DNA of 64,000 nucleotides from Octopus sinensis (lineage: Eukaryota): NCBI RefSeq assembly GCF_006345805.1, contig NC_043003.1:21576001-21640000 (forward strand), read 5' to 3'. This document shows positions 1-64,000 of the stretch, in pieces. Each line of letters starts with the position of its first letter. Within the stretch, counting starts at the first letter, position 1. The notes beneath the pieces were generated by a model that searched no databases, was not told the DNA's origin, and saw only the letters and a list, made by a program, of their open reading frames with translations. Position numbers and translations under genes: made by a program.

Positions 1-89
1 CTGATGCGGCTCTCTGGCTTGCCAGTGTCGGTCAAACTGTCTGAGCCATGCCAGCATGAAAAGTGGACGTTAAATGATGAGGAGGATTA

Positions 90-545
90 TTGCAAGGCAG
101 TGAGCAGGCAGAATCATTAGCAGGTCGGGCAAAATGCTTAGCAGCATCTGATCCATCTTTATGGTCTGAGTTCGAATTCCACTGAGGTCGACTTTGCCTT
201 TTATCCTTTCAATGTCGATAAAATAAGTACCATTGCACACTGGGCTCAATGTAATGACTAGCCCCCTTCCTCAAAATTTCAAGGTGTGTGTCTATAGTGG
301 AAAGGATTATTATTTTTATTACTATTATTATTAAAGTAGCTTGCTGCAGAATCTTAGCATGCCAGGCAAGATGCTTTGTGGAATTTCTTCTGTCTTTATG
401 TTCTGAGTTCAAATGCCACTGGGTTCTCACTTTGTCTTTCATCCCTTTGAGCTTGATAAAATAAGTACCAGTTGAACACAGGGGTTGGTGTCATCAACTT
501 ATCCCCTACCCTGAAACTGTTGGCCTTATGCTAAAATTTGAAATC
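90..545 (+). mobile_element. Two adjacent copies of an abundant SINE-like family
   Basis: Shared body ctgagttc(g/a)aat...gactttgcctttcatccttt...gataaaataagtacc; other copies at about 10180-10395(-), 18525-18720, 20240-20645, 26840-27050(-), 28830-29040, 60400-60590(-). Confidence 0.72.
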
Positions 546-824
546 ATTATCATCATCGTCATTATAATTTTATTGTCTTTGCTCAGCTTCTAACACTGGA
601 GATGTACTATGTGGTCAGCTGTTCACTACCAGTGAACTACGATAACACTCCTTATTTTTCGAGTACCATCTGGAGTATTTAAGTGGCTCCAAGCAGTGCT
701 ATTTTCTGCAAGTGCTTGCAGAAAACAGAATTGTCATCGTCATTATCATTATTATTGAGTGAGAGAGCAGTGCATGCCATCAAAGTGACACTGGGGTAAA
801 ATATACGAAGCCCAGTATACCCAT

Positions 825-917
825 CATGGTTCTGTAGTATGGTTCCATAGAATGGTTCTGTAGTATGGTTCCATAGCATGGTTCTGTAGTATGGTTCTAT
901 AGCATGGTTCCATAGCA
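825..917. repeat. 13-bp-unit minisatellite
   Basis: Alternating atggttctgtagt / atggttccatagc units. Confidence 0.8.
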
Positions 918-1037
918 AACTTTTTAACCAAGCAGCCATATGTATCATTTGCATTTTAATAAAGCTGAAATATGATTGTCAACTTTTCTGAAATTATATC
1001 TGAAGTAACATCCTTTAATCATTTCCTCTAATTTCAG

Positions 1038-62823
<61,786 letters not shown>

Positions 62824-62961
62824 GTAAGTATGTTTCATCTTTTATTTATTACTTTTTTCAGTTACTGGACTGTGGCCATGCTGGGGTACATCCTTGGAGG
62901 GTTTTAGATGAATAGATCGATCCCAGTACTTAATTTCTAAAAATCTGGTGCTTTTTCTATT

Positions 62962-63350
62962 AGTCTCTTACCAACCACATGGTTCTGGGTTCAGTCCCAC
63001 TGCTTGGTACCTTGGGCAAGTGTCTTCTACTATAGCCTCGGGCTGACCAAAGCCTTGTGAGTGGATTTGGTAGATGGAAACTGAAAGAAGCCCGTCATAT
63101 ATATGTATATATATATATGTGTGTGTGTGTGTGTATATGTTTGTGTGTCTGTGTTTGTCCCTCCAACATCGCTTGACAACCGATGGTGGTGTATTTATGT
63201 CCCCATAACTTAGCGGTTTGGCAAAAGAGACCGATAGAATAAGTACTAGGCTTACAAAGAATAAGTCCTAGGGTCGATTTGCTCAACTAAAGGTGGTGCT
63301 CCAGCATGGCCACAGTCAAATGACTGAAACAAGTAAAAGGAGTAAAAAAA
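62962..63350 (+). mobile_element. SINE with internal (TA)/(TG) microsatellite
   Basis: Body ggttcagtcccactg...ttgggcaagtgtcttctactatagcc...aaagccttgtgagtggatttggtaga; copies at about 37700-38160(-), 51860-52240, 32490-32630(-). Confidence 0.72.
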
Positions 63351-63769
63351 AAAGAGTAAAACCAACACCAGTTATCAAGTGGTGATGGAGGTGTCAAACA
63401 CAGCCCAAAGACACATACACACATATATATATGATGGGCTTTTACACAGTTTCTATCTACAAAATTCAATAAAAAAGCATTATTTGTCCCAGGGCTATAA
63501 TAGCGGACACTTGCTTGAAACCTGAAACCAGTTACCAAGTAAGCTTTTTAACCACATAGATATTTTTTAATATTATGTACCCTTTTTTTTTATTTGTTTT
63601 AGTCATTGGACTTCAGCCATTCTGTGACACTACCTTGTTGGGGTTAGTCAGTGAAATTCACCCCAGAACTTATTTTTGAGTCCAGTGCTTATTCTATCAA
63701 TATCTTTTTACCCTACAACTACATACACATGTGCATCCGGGCACACGCACCATGCACGTGCACACATGG

Positions 63770-63801
<32 letters not shown>

Positions 63802-64000
63802 GAAAATGAAAATGCATTTTCCTTTTTACCTTGTAGTTGATTACTTCCAAAGTATATTATTAGAGTCAAAGCATTTCAAAATGCAAAATATGCATTGAAT
63901 AACAAATCATCACAATGAGATTATTTCAAAATACATTAGTACATATTCTGAAATATCATATTAAAAATACATTACTACAATCAAATCATTTCAAGAATAT

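Overview
AT-rich, microsatellite- and repeat-dense eukaryotic intron/exon DNA. The repeat families suggest an octopus or other cephalopod; this is inference, not a database match. The window holds the middle of one + strand gene, the phosphorylase b kinase regulatory subunit alpha (PHKA1/PHKA2 co-ortholog). Sixteen GT-AG exons lie at 1038-62823; using one of exons 10a/10b, 15 join in frame to about 545 codons (1634 nt with 10a). The 5' and 3' exons are outside the window. Main finding: exon 10 exists as two diverged, phase-identical copies (17246-17390 and 26212-26359), and including both or neither gives a premature stop, so they are a mutually exclusive pair. Two symmetric Ser-rich exons in the variable region could be cassette exons. 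The introns contain a young 5'-truncated RTE LINE with a PHD finger inside its RT and a tandemly amplified 3' end, and several older LINE fragments. They also contain TTAA-flanked piggyBac-like MITEs, a Tc2/pogo-like element and many SINEs. Finally, there are foldback inverted repeats nucleated at (GAT)n retroposon tails and several minimal hammerhead-ribozyme motifs of the Penelope-like type. Almost all short ORFs in the track are spurious.
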